Shown: positions 15,490 to 24,829 of the stretch, piece after piece
Layout of the letters: each line of letters begins with the position of its first letter
Numbering within the stretch: position 1 is the stretch's first letter
Virus record (IMG/VR): IMGVR_UViG_3300045801_000012
Span: 1-30,747 of that record
Direction: 5' to 3' (one strand)
Source of the DNA: a virus
Taxonomy: Duplodnaviria > Caudoviricetes
Length of the DNA: 30,747 nucleotides
Translations under genes and position numbers: made by a program
The notes under the pieces: generated by a model
Seen by the model: only the letters and a program-made list of their open reading frames with translations
The model's database searches: none
What the model was told of the DNA's origin: nothing

Positions 15490-16571
15490 TAGGCTCTAAA
15501 GAGCAACTGCCGGGAGCCCCCAAGCACCCGTGGGGTAAGTGGCCGAAAATAAACCCCGAGACCGTAGCGCCGCTGCGCAACGGGATCCCGAACATGTACG
15601 ACCACGTACCGACGCGTTTCGTCAGCAAAGCTGAAGCGGAGGCGCGCGGGTGGCAGCATTTTTGGACCGGAGAGGTGTGCGTTACGGGGCACCGCGCCGC
15701 GCGTTACGTTTCTAATATTAGCATGTGCGTAGATTGCGTCCGTATCCAGAAAGGCAAGCTGCCAGTTTACGGTAAGGGTATTCCCGAGCTCGAGGCCGCG
15801 CGCCGGCGTAACTATACGCAGAAGCACACGGCAGCTATCGCGGCGCCCCCTCAGCCGAGCAACGCCGAGAAGCGTTTTCTTGAGCGGTACGCTGAGCACA
15901 AGGACTTTGCGATCGCCGCGGAGTCGCTGGGGCGCACCGAAGCCGAATTTTTGGCGATTTTGAGCTGGAACACGGTGTTCCGTGACGCAGTCAACCGCCT
16001 CGAGGAGAGCCTCGGCATCGCCCGAACGCAATCGCTGACCGATGAGTTCGACTGGACCGACGAAAAACGACGCGCGTTCCTGATCACGTACGCCAACACG
16101 GCCGACGTAAAGCAAGCGCTGCGTGCTGTCGGGGCCACGAACGTGCAGTTTCACAAAGAGTTGGCGACAAATTCCGAATTTCAGAGCGATTTTGACGAGG
16201 CGAACCAGATCGCGCGCAACGTTTTCGATCACGCAGCCTCCGCGGCAGCGACCAAAGGCGACGCGCGCATGCTGGGGCGCATTGCGGCCAACCTGTTCCC
16301 CGAAAAATTCGGCGAGAACATGAAAATGGACCTCAAAGTGACTCAAAATCTCTCACTGGACCAGGCACATGCGCAACTTACCAACCTCATATCAAGATTT
16401 GATCGACAGGGTCTACTCTCCGATGCCGGAGAAGCTGAAGACGCTGTTGAAGAAGCAGAATATCGGGTCCTTGAACCTGCGGGAGACGACGCAGCTGATC
16501 CAGATCCTGAGCGATCGAGCGAAAGTGCAGGATCAGACGCAAATAGTGACCTGGTTTCAGGACCCGTCTGA
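15486..16571 (+). CDS. Putative terminase small subunit with an N-terminal zinc domain and tandem HTH domains (361 aa)
   Basis: Lies just upstream of the large terminase; WTDEKRRAFL...EFQSDFDEA HTH and FPEKFGE oligomerisation-like motif; N-terminal EAEARGWQHFWTGEVCVTGH...CVDC; start at the ATGA overlap. Confidence 0.7.
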   Translation: MIGSKEQLPGAPKHPWGKWPKINPETVAPLRNGIPNMYDHVPTRFVSKAEAEARGWQHFWTGEVCVTGHRAARYVSNISMCVDCVRIQKGKLPVYGKGIPELEAARRRNYTQKHTAAIAAPPQPSNAEKRFLERYAEHKDFAIAAESLGRTEAEFLAILSWNTVFRDAVNRLEESLGIARTQSLTDEFDWTDEKRRAFLITYANTADVKQALRAVGATNVQFHKELATNSEFQSDFDEANQIARNVFDHAASAAATKGDARMLGRIAANLFPEKFGENMKMDLKVTQNLSLDQAHAQLTNLISRFDRQGLLSDAGEAEDAVEEAEYRVLEPAGDDAADPDPERSSESAGSDANSDLVSGPV

Positions 16572-17289
16572 CCATCCGACGCTGAAAAACTGCCCGCTGG
16601 GCCGAAAAAACTACCCGAAGCAAATGCAGTTCTTCGCGTTGGAGCAAACCAGCGACGAGATCGCACTTTTCGGCGGTAACCGAACCGGTAAGACGCACTG
16701 CGGCTGCTTCGCGGACGCACTGCACCTCACCGGGCTCTACCCTAGCTGGTGGCCTGGTAGAAAATTCAATCGGCCCATCAATATGTGGGTCGCGACCGAC
16801 ACCGCGAAGAACACGCGAGACATTTTGCAGGCAAAGTTCTGCGGACCGCCCGGGCAAGAGCAATCGTACGGCACCGGGATGATTCCTGGCGACCTGCTGG
16901 TGCGGCGGACGGTCAAGCACGGTCTTGCGGACGCGTTCGAGACGGTGTTCGTCCGGCACGTGTCCGGCGGCCTTTCGACGTTGCAGTTCAAGTCGTACGA
17001 CCAGGGCCGAGAATCGTTCCAGGGTACGCAACAGGACCGGATCCATCTTGACGAAGAGCCGAAGCTCGAGATCTACACCGAGTGTCTGCTGCGTTTGATG
17101 AGCACCGTGCCCGGGCAACCGAACGGCACGCTGGTGCTCACGGAAACGCCGCTGCTCGGTGTCTCTGAGCTGATGATCAGCTACATGCCGGACCTGGCGC
17201 CAGAGCCGGACGCCGTCGTAGCCGACGCGTGGTCGATGGGCGAAGAAGAGGAGCTTGTTGTCGATGAAAACGCCAATGAGACTGCGTAA
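16369..17289 (+). CDS. terL: Terminase large subunit, ATPase half (P22-like); alternative start at 16423
   Basis: Q motif YPKQMQF, Walker A FGGNRTGKT, FKSYDQGRESFQG, Walker B IHLDEE and coupling motif TETP. Confidence 0.92.
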   Translation: MRNLPTSYQDLIDRVYSPMPEKLKTLLKKQNIGSLNLRETTQLIQILSDRAKVQDQTQIVTWFQDPSDHPTLKNCPLGRKNYPKQMQFFALEQTSDEIALFGGNRTGKTHCGCFADALHLTGLYPSWWPGRKFNRPINMWVATDTAKNTRDILQAKFCGPPGQEQSYGTGMIPGDLLVRRTVKHGLADAFETVFVRHVSGGLSTLQFKSYDQGRESFQGTQQDRIHLDEEPKLEIYTECLLRLMSTVPGQPNGTLVLTETPLLGVSELMISYMPDLAPEPDAVVADAWSMGEEEELVVDENANETA

Positions 17290-18065
17290 TGTCGAAAGCG
17301 GCTGTTTTTTTAGACATGAGTGACGTCCCCCACTTGGGTGAAAAAGAGATGAAGCAGATCCTTGCGGGAGTACCCTCGTGGCAGCTGCAGGCGCGTAAGT
17401 CTGGTATTCCAGGCCACGGCACCGGAGCTATCTACCCGATCCCCGAAGACGTGATGCTGATCCAGCCTTTTGACATCCCGGCGCACTGGCCGCGCTCGTA
17501 CGGCATGGACCCGGGCTGGAACTGCACCGCAGTGATCTGGTTCGCGTGGGACATCGACAACGGGTTCAAGGACGCCAACGGCGTCACGCGGTACCCGGCG
17601 ATCGCGTACGACGAATACTATCGGGGCCAAGCGGACCCGGCAGTGCACGTTGCAGCCATCAACCGCCGCGGTCCGTGGATACACGGCGTCATCGACCCCG
17701 CCGCGCAGAAAGCGCGCGGTACCGACGGCGAGCTCTTGATCGATACGTACTGTCGGCTCGGGCTAAAGGTCAGCAAGGCCGACAACACGGTCGTGACCGG
17801 GCTCGTGCAGACTTGGGACATGCTCTCAACGCAGCAGCTGCGCATATTCAACACGTTGACGAACTGGCGCAAAGAAGTGCGCCTTTACCGTCGTGACGAG
17901 AAGGGAAACATTATCAAGAAAAACGATCACCTTATGGACGCCACACGCTACAACGTGATGTCTGGCTTTGAGGTGGCGCGGGCGCCCCCGGCGAGCGAGG
18001 GCGGCCTGCCCTGGTTTGCTTGGGCGCCGGAGATGGTGACCGCGGGCGGCGTATGGAGTGGGTGA
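17289..18065 (+). CDS. terL: Terminase large subunit, nuclease (RNase H-fold) half
   Basis: DVPHL...ARKSGIPGHGTGAIYP linker, YGMDPGWN, VIDPAA and NDHLMDATRY; TAATG coupling. Confidence 0.92.
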   Translation: MSKAAVFLDMSDVPHLGEKEMKQILAGVPSWQLQARKSGIPGHGTGAIYPIPEDVMLIQPFDIPAHWPRSYGMDPGWNCTAVIWFAWDIDNGFKDANGVTRYPAIAYDEYYRGQADPAVHVAAINRRGPWIHGVIDPAAQKARGTDGELLIDTYCRLGLKVSKADNTVVTGLVQTWDMLSTQQLRIFNTLTNWRKEVRLYRRDEKGNIIKKNDHLMDATRYNVMSGFEVARAPPASEGGLPWFAWAPEMVTAGGVWSG

Positions 18066-18268
18066 TGCCGATCGATCAGCTTGAGGCTGAGTTTCGGCGT
18101 TACGGTGCGTTTTTGCTAGTTGATTTTCAGGGTCGGAAGCTGTGGTACTACGGTGTGAACCGTGACGGCGCCACTAGGAACCGCCTGATCCAGCTCCTTA
18201 AGGGGCGCAACCAAGAGATGGTACTTTTTTTAACGAAGCGCGCGAGCGCGAAGGGTGAGATCACATGA
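18065..18268 (+). CDS. Small hypothetical protein (67 aa)
   Basis: TGATG-coupled start MPIDQLEAEF...; weak resemblance to the TubC N-terminal-like alpha-beta-beta-alpha pattern. Confidence 0.65.
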   Translation: MPIDQLEAEFRRYGAFLLVDFQGRKLWYYGVNRDGATRNRLIQLLKGRNQEMVLFLTKRASAKGEIT

Positions 18269-18807
18269 GCGTTACATTGAAGCTGCAGCACGAGGAGGGT
18301 ATCCGCCTGCGACAGCAAGCGGCCCACAAGGTCGAGCAAACGCACGAGAAGAAGGTAGAGAAGACTGACCCGCTGACGGGCGAGAAAGTTGTCGAGAAGG
18401 TACTCGAGACGGTACACGCCGTGGACTGGCGCTTTGTGAAACGGCCCGCGTCTGACGGCAAGATCGTCGAAGAGTGCCAGCAGGATGAAGATCCGCGGCG
18501 CGTCGACTCGAACGGCCGCAAGGCGCAACTCGGCACCTACACCGTGCACGTCACGGCCGGCATGAACAATTTGGTGATTGAACGCAAGGGCAAGGTTGCC
18601 CCGTACAGCTTCAAGAACCCGGCGATCCGCAACCAGCTCCGCGTGCAGCACCAGCGGCTGGCGGAGAGCGGCCGAAAAACAAAGGACGGTAAGCCCGTGC
18701 ATGAGTGGAAGAACGACGGCGCAGCGAAGTACGTGCCGGCCAACACGTTCGACGGAGTCTTTGTAGGTGACGGTCAGCGCGCTGTGATCGACGAGATGCC
18801 GACGTAA
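18265..18807 (+). CDS. Hypothetical protein between terminase and portal
   Basis: Coupled at both ends; native codon usage. Confidence 0.8.
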   Translation: MSVTLKLQHEEGIRLRQQAAHKVEQTHEKKVEKTDPLTGEKVVEKVLETVHAVDWRFVKRPASDGKIVEECQQDEDPRRVDSNGRKAQLGTYTVHVTAGMNNLVIERKGKVAPYSFKNPAIRNQLRVQHQRLAESGRKTKDGKPVHEWKNDGAAKYVPANTFDGVFVGDGQRAVIDEMPT

Positions 18808-21266
18808 TGACGGGCAACAGCGGCGATAATTGGGACCTCACAGGCAGCATACCGGGACAGCCCGGCGCGCTGCCTGACACGGACGGTTTCGATATCCCCG
18901 ACGCGGGCGCGCTGCTCTCGCGCATCCGCAACTTCTATGACGACGGTGTCGGCGCGTGGGAAGAGAACCGCCGCATGCACTCCGAAGACCTGAACTTCAT
19001 CTACAACAGTGAGGCGATGGGTCAGTGGGACCCCGTGGTGCTCCAGAACCGGCGCGGCAAGCCCTGCTACACCTTCAACCGGTGCCTGCAGCCGGTGAAC
19101 ATGGTGGTCGCCGACATGCGTCAGACACGCCCCGCCGGCAAGGTGCGTCCCGCCTCTGACGGCGCCTCCGAAGCGGTGGCCGACATCTTCGCCGGCCTTT
19201 GCCGTTCCATCGAGCAGTGCAGCCGCGCCGATCAGATTTACAAAGAGCAGTTTAAGTTTGCGGTGGCGGGCGGGTTCGGTGCGTGGCGCATCATGCCCAC
19301 CTACATGCAAGACGACGGCGACGGTGCCTTTGATCAGGTGCTGCGCATCATCAACATCTCGAACCCACAGACGGTCATCTGGGACCCGCAGTGCGCCGAC
19401 GCGTGCGCTGGCGACGCGAACCGGTGCCTCGTGGCGGAGCGCATTTCGGATGAGGTATACGAGGCACTTTACCCGAACGGCAACATGCAGAGCTTCAGCC
19501 TGTCCCGCGACAGTTACGGCTGGTTCACGGACAAAGAGGTTCGGATCGCTGAATACTTTGAGCGCGTCCCGCGCGAGAAGTGGATCGCGAAGATGACGGA
19601 CGGAACCGTGCGCGAGTACGATGAGGCGCTGCGCACGGTTGAGAAGCACTTTGACGAGAAGGGGCTGACGTTCGAGAAAAGCGGCGTCACCCGCATCGCA
19701 ATCAACAAGAAGACCGGCGAGAAGATGATCCGTAAGACCACCAAGTGGCAGGTCATGTGGGTCAAAATCGACGGTTCAACGATCCTCGAGGGTCCGTACT
19801 ATTACGACTGGAAGCGTATCCCTGTCGTTCGGTGCCCTGGCCGCTACATCAACATTGAAGGCCGCAAGAAGTTTCAGTCGCTGATCCGTCATTCCAAGGA
19901 CGCGCAGCGTAGCTACAATTCCCGTGCCTCGGACATGATCGAGCGCAGCGCGCTCCTGCCGAAGGCGCCGTACCTTGTCACTGAGGCGATGATCAAGGGC
20001 TACGAAAACGAGTGGAACCAGGCGAACGTCGCCTCCCGCCCATACCTGCCCTACAACGTCGACAAGAACGCGGAGGGCGGGATGCCGTTCCGCACGCCGC
20101 CGCTCGACCTGCCGCAGGGTGCTATGGCGCTCGCGCAGATGTCGATTCAAGATATTCAAGCCACGATCGGCTACTTTGATCCGGCGCTCGGAAACTCAGA
20201 AGACATGAACCGTGTGTCCGGTAAGGCGCTTGTGCAACACACGAAGCGCTCGGACCTCGGCAGCTTTGAATTTATAGATGGCTTCAGCTCCGCGCTGCAG
20301 CTGACGTGGGAGATGATGGTAGACATGATTCCGACCGTCATGGACGCGGAACGCGTCGAGCGCATCATCGGCCAGGACGGCGTCGAGAAGATGGTCGAGA
20401 TCAACAAGGAGCACGAGCTCACCGGCGACATCATGAACGACCTTTCGAAGGGGTCGTACGACGTTGAGGTGACGATCGGGCCCAGCTTCCAGTCGGCGCG
20501 CCAAGAGGCGCTCGATACGCTGATCTCGTTTGCAGAGGCGATGCCGAGCGCGGCGCCTGTGATTCAGGATCTCATCGCGAAGAACATCGACTCGCCGGAC
20601 GCGCAGGAGATGGCGAACCGCCTGCGGATCCCGCTGATACAGCAGGGTATCATCCAGCCGACCCAGAAAGAGAAAGAGGCCGGCGTTGGCTCGCAGAAGA
20701 GCCAGCAACAGCAGCAACAAGAGCAGGCGCAGCAGCTGCAGATGCAGCTGCTCGAAGCCAAGACGCAGAAGATGGGCGCCGACGCGCAGATCGCGCAGTC
20801 GCGCGCCAAAGTCAGCCCGATCGAGCAAGAGAAGATCGGCTACGAGGCGGCCGGCAAGCACCTCGCCAACATCAAGCTCGCGCACGAGATAGGCGCCAAC
20901 GCGCAGGACCGTCAGCACGAGGCGCAGTCCGCGCAGATGGACCTTGCGGCGAAACACGTCGGAAACCTGCAGGACATGACACACCAGGCGCAGCAGCATC
21001 AGCTAGATCAGCAGAAGCAAGCCGCGCAACACATGCAGGATCAGTCTCTGGCTATGTCTCAGGCGCAAGCCGAAGCGCAACGCGCACGGATGCTGCACGA
21101 GCAAGAGATGCAGCGCGCCGCAGAAGCGCATGAAGCAGAGAAGCGTCGTATGCAAGAGAAACACGCGCTGGCGCTGCAGCACACGAAAGAGTTGAACGAG
21201 CAGAAGGTCGCCGCCGCGAAGGCGCTGAACGCTGCTAAACCGAAGAAGCCGAAAAAGGCTGAGTGA
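18807..21266 (+). CDS. Portal protein (P22-like)
   Basis: DLNF...GQWD...RGKPCYTFN, RIAEYF, IPVV, LIRHSKDAQRSYN, SGKAL and GSYDVEVTIGPSFQSARQE; long Q/A-rich helical C-terminal barrel. Confidence 0.93.
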   Translation: MTGNSGDNWDLTGSIPGQPGALPDTDGFDIPDAGALLSRIRNFYDDGVGAWEENRRMHSEDLNFIYNSEAMGQWDPVVLQNRRGKPCYTFNRCLQPVNMVVADMRQTRPAGKVRPASDGASEAVADIFAGLCRSIEQCSRADQIYKEQFKFAVAGGFGAWRIMPTYMQDDGDGAFDQVLRIINISNPQTVIWDPQCADACAGDANRCLVAERISDEVYEALYPNGNMQSFSLSRDSYGWFTDKEVRIAEYFERVPREKWIAKMTDGTVREYDEALRTVEKHFDEKGLTFEKSGVTRIAINKKTGEKMIRKTTKWQVMWVKIDGSTILEGPYYYDWKRIPVVRCPGRYINIEGRKKFQSLIRHSKDAQRSYNSRASDMIERSALLPKAPYLVTEAMIKGYENEWNQANVASRPYLPYNVDKNAEGGMPFRTPPLDLPQGAMALAQMSIQDIQATIGYFDPALGNSEDMNRVSGKALVQHTKRSDLGSFEFIDGFSSALQLTWEMMVDMIPTVMDAERVERIIGQDGVEKMVEINKEHELTGDIMNDLSKGSYDVEVTIGPSFQSARQEALDTLISFAEAMPSAAPVIQDLIAKNIDSPDAQEMANRLRIPLIQQGIIQPTQKEKEAGVGSQKSQQQQQQEQAQQLQMQLLEAKTQKMGADAQIAQSRAKVSPIEQEKIGYEAAGKHLANIKLAHEIGANAQDRQHEAQSAQMDLAAKHVGNLQDMTHQAQQHQLDQQKQAAQHMQDQSLAMSQAQAEAQRARMLHEQEMQRAAEAHEAEKRRMQEKHALALQHTKELNEQKVAAAKALNAAKPKKPKKAE

Positions 21267-21326
21267 TTCTTAACGTCTGGTGGGACCGCCTCGCTGCAGC
21301 GCATCGCAGTGTAACAGGAGACTATC

Positions 21327-22535
21327 ATGGGTTTTTCACGTGAAGATTTGGAACGGTATGAGAAGCAGCCGCAGAAGCAGGTCGACGACAAGGTCAACCC
21401 CTTCCGCGGCGCTACTCCGGCCCGCGCCGCCGACGCCGCAGCAGTCGCTGCGGTCGCCGCGGGCCAAAATGTTGATGCCACGCCTGGCGGCAGCGCTGCA
21501 CAAGCAGCCCAGGATCCTTTGGTCGACGAAGATGCCCCCATCGTCGATGAAGAAGGAACACTCGGCGACCCGACCGATTCGGGTGAGGGGACTTCGGACG
21601 AAGACGCGGACCCGTCCACCGCATCCGCCGAACTCAGCGGCGAATCAGACCCAAACACCGATCTGACTGGTGACGACGCAGGCGACGAGGAACCTGCGGC
21701 CCGACCGGCGCCGAAGAAGGGATCTGCTGAGGAACGCATAGTAGAGCTGAACGATCTGCTGGAAGGTACCAAGATATTTGGCAAGCACATGCAGGGCCAG
21801 CTGAAGGAAGCTTTAGCTGAGCTGGAACGGCTCAAAGCCGGCGGTACACCAACCGCCGCACAGACCGTCGCTGCAAACGCTCCTCCTGTTGTTGAAGACG
21901 AACCGATGCCAGACATGGCTGACCAGGACATCGCCTTCGATAACGACAAGTATCGGGCCAAGATGCAGAAGTGGGCACGTGATCAGGCGAAGATCGCCGC
22001 TCGCGAGATCATTCGCGAAGAGACGGGCGCAAAAGAGGCGGCGACGCGCCGAGAGATAGTTGAAAAGCGAATCGAAGAATTTGCAAAGACGCACCCTGAT
22101 TACAAGAAGGTGGTGACCCAAAACCCCGTGCTAGCTGCCAACCAGCTGGCCCAGGACGCAGGCGCTGCCGTTGCTCAGTCGGAGCATGTCGCCCGTATCT
22201 TGTACGAGTTTGGTAAGGACCCTGCGCTAGCCGTTCGAACGGCCAAGCAGAGCCCGGCCCAACAGCTCGTCACGATCGGGAAGATCATCGCGAAGATTGA
22301 GCTTGAGGCCTATTCAGGATCCAAGCAGAACGGCTCTAGGCCCGATGCGAAACCAGGGCAACAGAAGTCCATCACCAAGGCGCCTCCTCCGCCAACCCCC
22401 ACCCGGGGCGGCGGCCGTGCGGCCGGGCGAGATATCGTCGACCCTAACATGTCGATGGAAGAATTCGCTCGACTTCACAGAGGAAGCAAGCAGTCAGCCC
22501 GCGAACAGCATCGCAAGATGCGCGGACTGAACTAA
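21327..22535 (+). CDS. Scaffolding protein
   Basis: Between portal and coat; acidic disordered N-terminus, EERIVEL coiled coil, HPDYKKVV, SITKAPPPP and C-terminal MSMEEFARL helix; AGGAG RBS. Confidence 0.85.
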   Translation: MGFSREDLERYEKQPQKQVDDKVNPFRGATPARAADAAAVAAVAAGQNVDATPGGSAAQAAQDPLVDEDAPIVDEEGTLGDPTDSGEGTSDEDADPSTASAELSGESDPNTDLTGDDAGDEEPAARPAPKKGSAEERIVELNDLLEGTKIFGKHMQGQLKEALAELERLKAGGTPTAAQTVAANAPPVVEDEPMPDMADQDIAFDNDKYRAKMQKWARDQAKIAAREIIREETGAKEAATRREIVEKRIEEFAKTHPDYKKVVTQNPVLAANQLAQDAGAAVAQSEHVARILYEFGKDPALAVRTAKQSPAQQLVTIGKIIAKIELEAYSGSKQNGSRPDAKPGQQKSITKAPPPPTPTRGGGRAAGRDIVDPNMSMEEFARLHRGSKQSAREQHRKMRGLN

Positions 22536-22555
22536 AATAAAATCGGAAAGGATAC

Positions 22556-23839
22556 ATGGCAAATTCACTCATCACCGCTCAATGGGTAGCTCGCAAGGCG
22601 CTAGTCTTGCTGCACGCTAAGAGCAACTTCACGGGTCGCACGAACCGTGACTATCAGAGCTTGCTGCCCGGCCCCATCAACGGGGTCATCTTGGGTCAAC
22701 AGCTCTCGATCCGTCTGCCGTTCCAGTACACGCTCCGTACCGGTCCGCAGATGAACGCGCAGAACTCCGTTCAGCGTTTCGCCACCCTGTTGGTCAACCA
22801 ACAGCTCGGCGTCGACATCAACTTCACCTCGGTGGAGCGCGCGATGTTGCTGAACAACTTCGAAGAGCAAGTGCTCGAGCCCGCGATGGCGCGCCTCGCG
22901 GCCGGCATCGAGAACTTCACCACGGGCCAAGTCAACAACGTGCCGAAGTTCACGGGCGCCTTCAACACCACGGCAACCTACGATCAGCTGCTCCAGAACG
23001 AGCAGTATCTGACGGAAGCCTTGGCGCCGGAAGACGACCGTCGCACGTTTACGGCGACCCCGCAAACGTCGCGCTACTTCGTCCGCGACAACAAGGGTCT
23101 GTTCCAGCCCGAGTCGACCGTCTCCGACCAATGGCTCGAAGGCGTGATCTCGGACAAGGCCGCGGGCTACGTCTGCTTCCGTAACACGAAGCTGCCGACG
23201 CACGTGTGCGGAACGTTCAGCACCACGGCGGCCCCGGTCGTCAACGGCGCTGGTCAATCCAACCCTGGCGCGGGCAACGCGTTCGTTTCCACCTTCACGC
23301 TGAACACCAACGGCTGGGCGGCGGGCCTCACGACCTTGAACGCTGGCGACGTGATCAGCATCGCCGGTGTGAACGAGGTTGACCCTGAGACGAAGGCGTC
23401 GCTGGGCCGGCCCAAGCAGTTCGTTGTGACTGCAACCATCAGCGACACCGCTGGTGCCATCGCGATCCCGATCGCGCCGGGCATCATCACCGGTGGCGCG
23501 TACCAGAACGTGGACAACGTTCCGGCTGCGGGCGCTGCGATCAGTGTCTTCGGTCAGAGCGGCGCTGCCGCGATCTCTGCGCTCAACGGCGCGCTGATCA
23601 AGCAGTCCCTCGGCTGGTACCGGGACGCGATCGTGTTTGCGAACCCCCCGATGCTCGACCTCAGCCCCCTCGTCAAGATGACGGCTGCGGAAGCGTTCGA
23701 AGGGTACAACATCCGCTTCGCGCAACAGTGGGATCCGTCGAACGACGTGCTCCCGGCTCGCCTCGATTCGATTGTCGGCGCCGTGCTCGCTTACCCCGAG
23801 CTCGCCGTGCGGAACATCGAAGTCGCGTCGGCTGCCTAA
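22556..23839 (+). CDS. Major capsid protein (P22 gp5-like, HK97 fold)
   Basis: MANSLIT...ARKALVLL...NRDY...LSIRLP...EQVLEPAMARLA...ARLDSIVG...YPELAVR. Confidence 0.93.
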   Translation: MANSLITAQWVARKALVLLHAKSNFTGRTNRDYQSLLPGPINGVILGQQLSIRLPFQYTLRTGPQMNAQNSVQRFATLLVNQQLGVDINFTSVERAMLLNNFEEQVLEPAMARLAAGIENFTTGQVNNVPKFTGAFNTTATYDQLLQNEQYLTEALAPEDDRRTFTATPQTSRYFVRDNKGLFQPESTVSDQWLEGVISDKAAGYVCFRNTKLPTHVCGTFSTTAAPVVNGAGQSNPGAGNAFVSTFTLNTNGWAAGLTTLNAGDVISIAGVNEVDPETKASLGRPKQFVVTATISDTAGAIAIPIAPGIITGGAYQNVDNVPAAGAAISVFGQSGAAAISALNGALIKQSLGWYRDAIVFANPPMLDLSPLVKMTAAEAFEGYNIRFAQQWDPSNDVLPARLDSIVGAVLAYPELAVRNIEVASAA

Positions 23840-23857
23840 CCCATAGGACTATAGAAA

Positions 23858-24271
23858 ATGACTAATATTCAAGTTGGATATGGGCACGGCGATGTGGTTG
23901 GCGTTCCGTTCGATTTCTACGCTGGTGCGACCCTGGTAACAGGGTCGACGATCACGATGCAGACGGCGGTACTGGTCCTTAACCCGACCGGTACGCTGGC
24001 TGCGCTGACCGTCAACCTGCCGTTGAATCCGGTGGACGGGGCGGATGCCTCGATCACCTCGACGGCAACCATCACGTCGTTGACTGTCGCCGCAAACACC
24101 GGAGACGTGATTGTCCCCGGCGTTCTCGGTACGTTGACGACGCTCGTGCCGGTGGCCGCCACCGGTGCTGGCGGCGCTACCGCCACCGTGCGATTCAAGT
24201 ACACCCTGAACGGCTTCCAGCCGGCCAGCGGTGCAGCGGTGAACCCCCGTACGTGGCTCCGCGTGCAATAA
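23858..24271 (+). CDS. Putative capsid decoration / cement protein
   Basis: Directly after the coat gene; LNPTGTLAALTVNLPLNPVDG motif; low charge. Confidence 0.7.
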   Translation: MTNIQVGYGHGDVVGVPFDFYAGATLVTGSTITMQTAVLVLNPTGTLAALTVNLPLNPVDGADASITSTATITSLTVAANTGDVIVPGVLGTLTTLVPVAATGAGGATATVRFKYTLNGFQPASGAAVNPRTWLRVQ

Positions 24272-24391
24272 GAAAAAGCGCCGCCGCCCTCACCCGGTAG
24301 GCGCCAACGGAGAACGTCCTCCTATTTAAGTTAGACGCGACTTCTGGAAACCGTTCAGAGTAACGGAACCACCATATTTTAGAGAGGCGAC

Positions 24392-24826
24392 GTGGCTCAG
24401 ACCAACCAGCAGATCATCACCGAATCGTTTCAGATCCTTGGCGTCGTGCGCGAGGGGCGGCAACCTACGCCCACGCAGTCGTCGAACGGTATCACGATCC
24501 TGAATGATAATCTGCTGACGCAGATGCGCGACGGCTGGGCGAACCTCGGCTGGTACCCGCAGACGGTTGCGAACCTGAACAGCAACGCGCCTCTCAAAGA
24601 CGAAGACATCGCCGACGTCAAGTACCTTTTGGCGGGCTGGCTTTCTGTGCGCTACGGCATCACGATCCCGCCGCCGACGGACCCGGACGGCTTCGATCTC
24701 GGCAGCCTTATCAAGAGCGCCATGCGGCGCATGAACAAGCGCTACCTGCGCTACACCGAGTGCGACCTTGGCGAACTCTCACGCGCCGCCGGCGGCCCGT
24801 GGGGCGGCCCGGGTTTCGGCTTGTAG
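24392..24826 (+). CDS. Head-to-tail adaptor (P22 gp4-like)
   Basis: TNQQIITESFQILGV...GITILNDNL...LAGWLSVRYG; size and position fit. Confidence 0.75.
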   Translation: MAQTNQQIITESFQILGVVREGRQPTPTQSSNGITILNDNLLTQMRDGWANLGWYPQTVANLNSNAPLKDEDIADVKYLLAGWLSVRYGITIPPPTDPDGFDLGSLIKSAMRRMNKRYLRYTECDLGELSRAAGGPWGGPGFGL

Positions 24827-24829
24827 CTG

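Noticed and set aside
17200-17300. Intron or intein in terL
   Set aside because: There is no room for intron structure and no intein terminal motifs; the extra sequence is a short acidic tail.
18774-23725. Long antisense ORFs (e.g. 18774-19649, 21059-21961, 22601-23725)
   Set aside because: Shadows of GC-rich coding on the opposite strand of well-supported structural genes.
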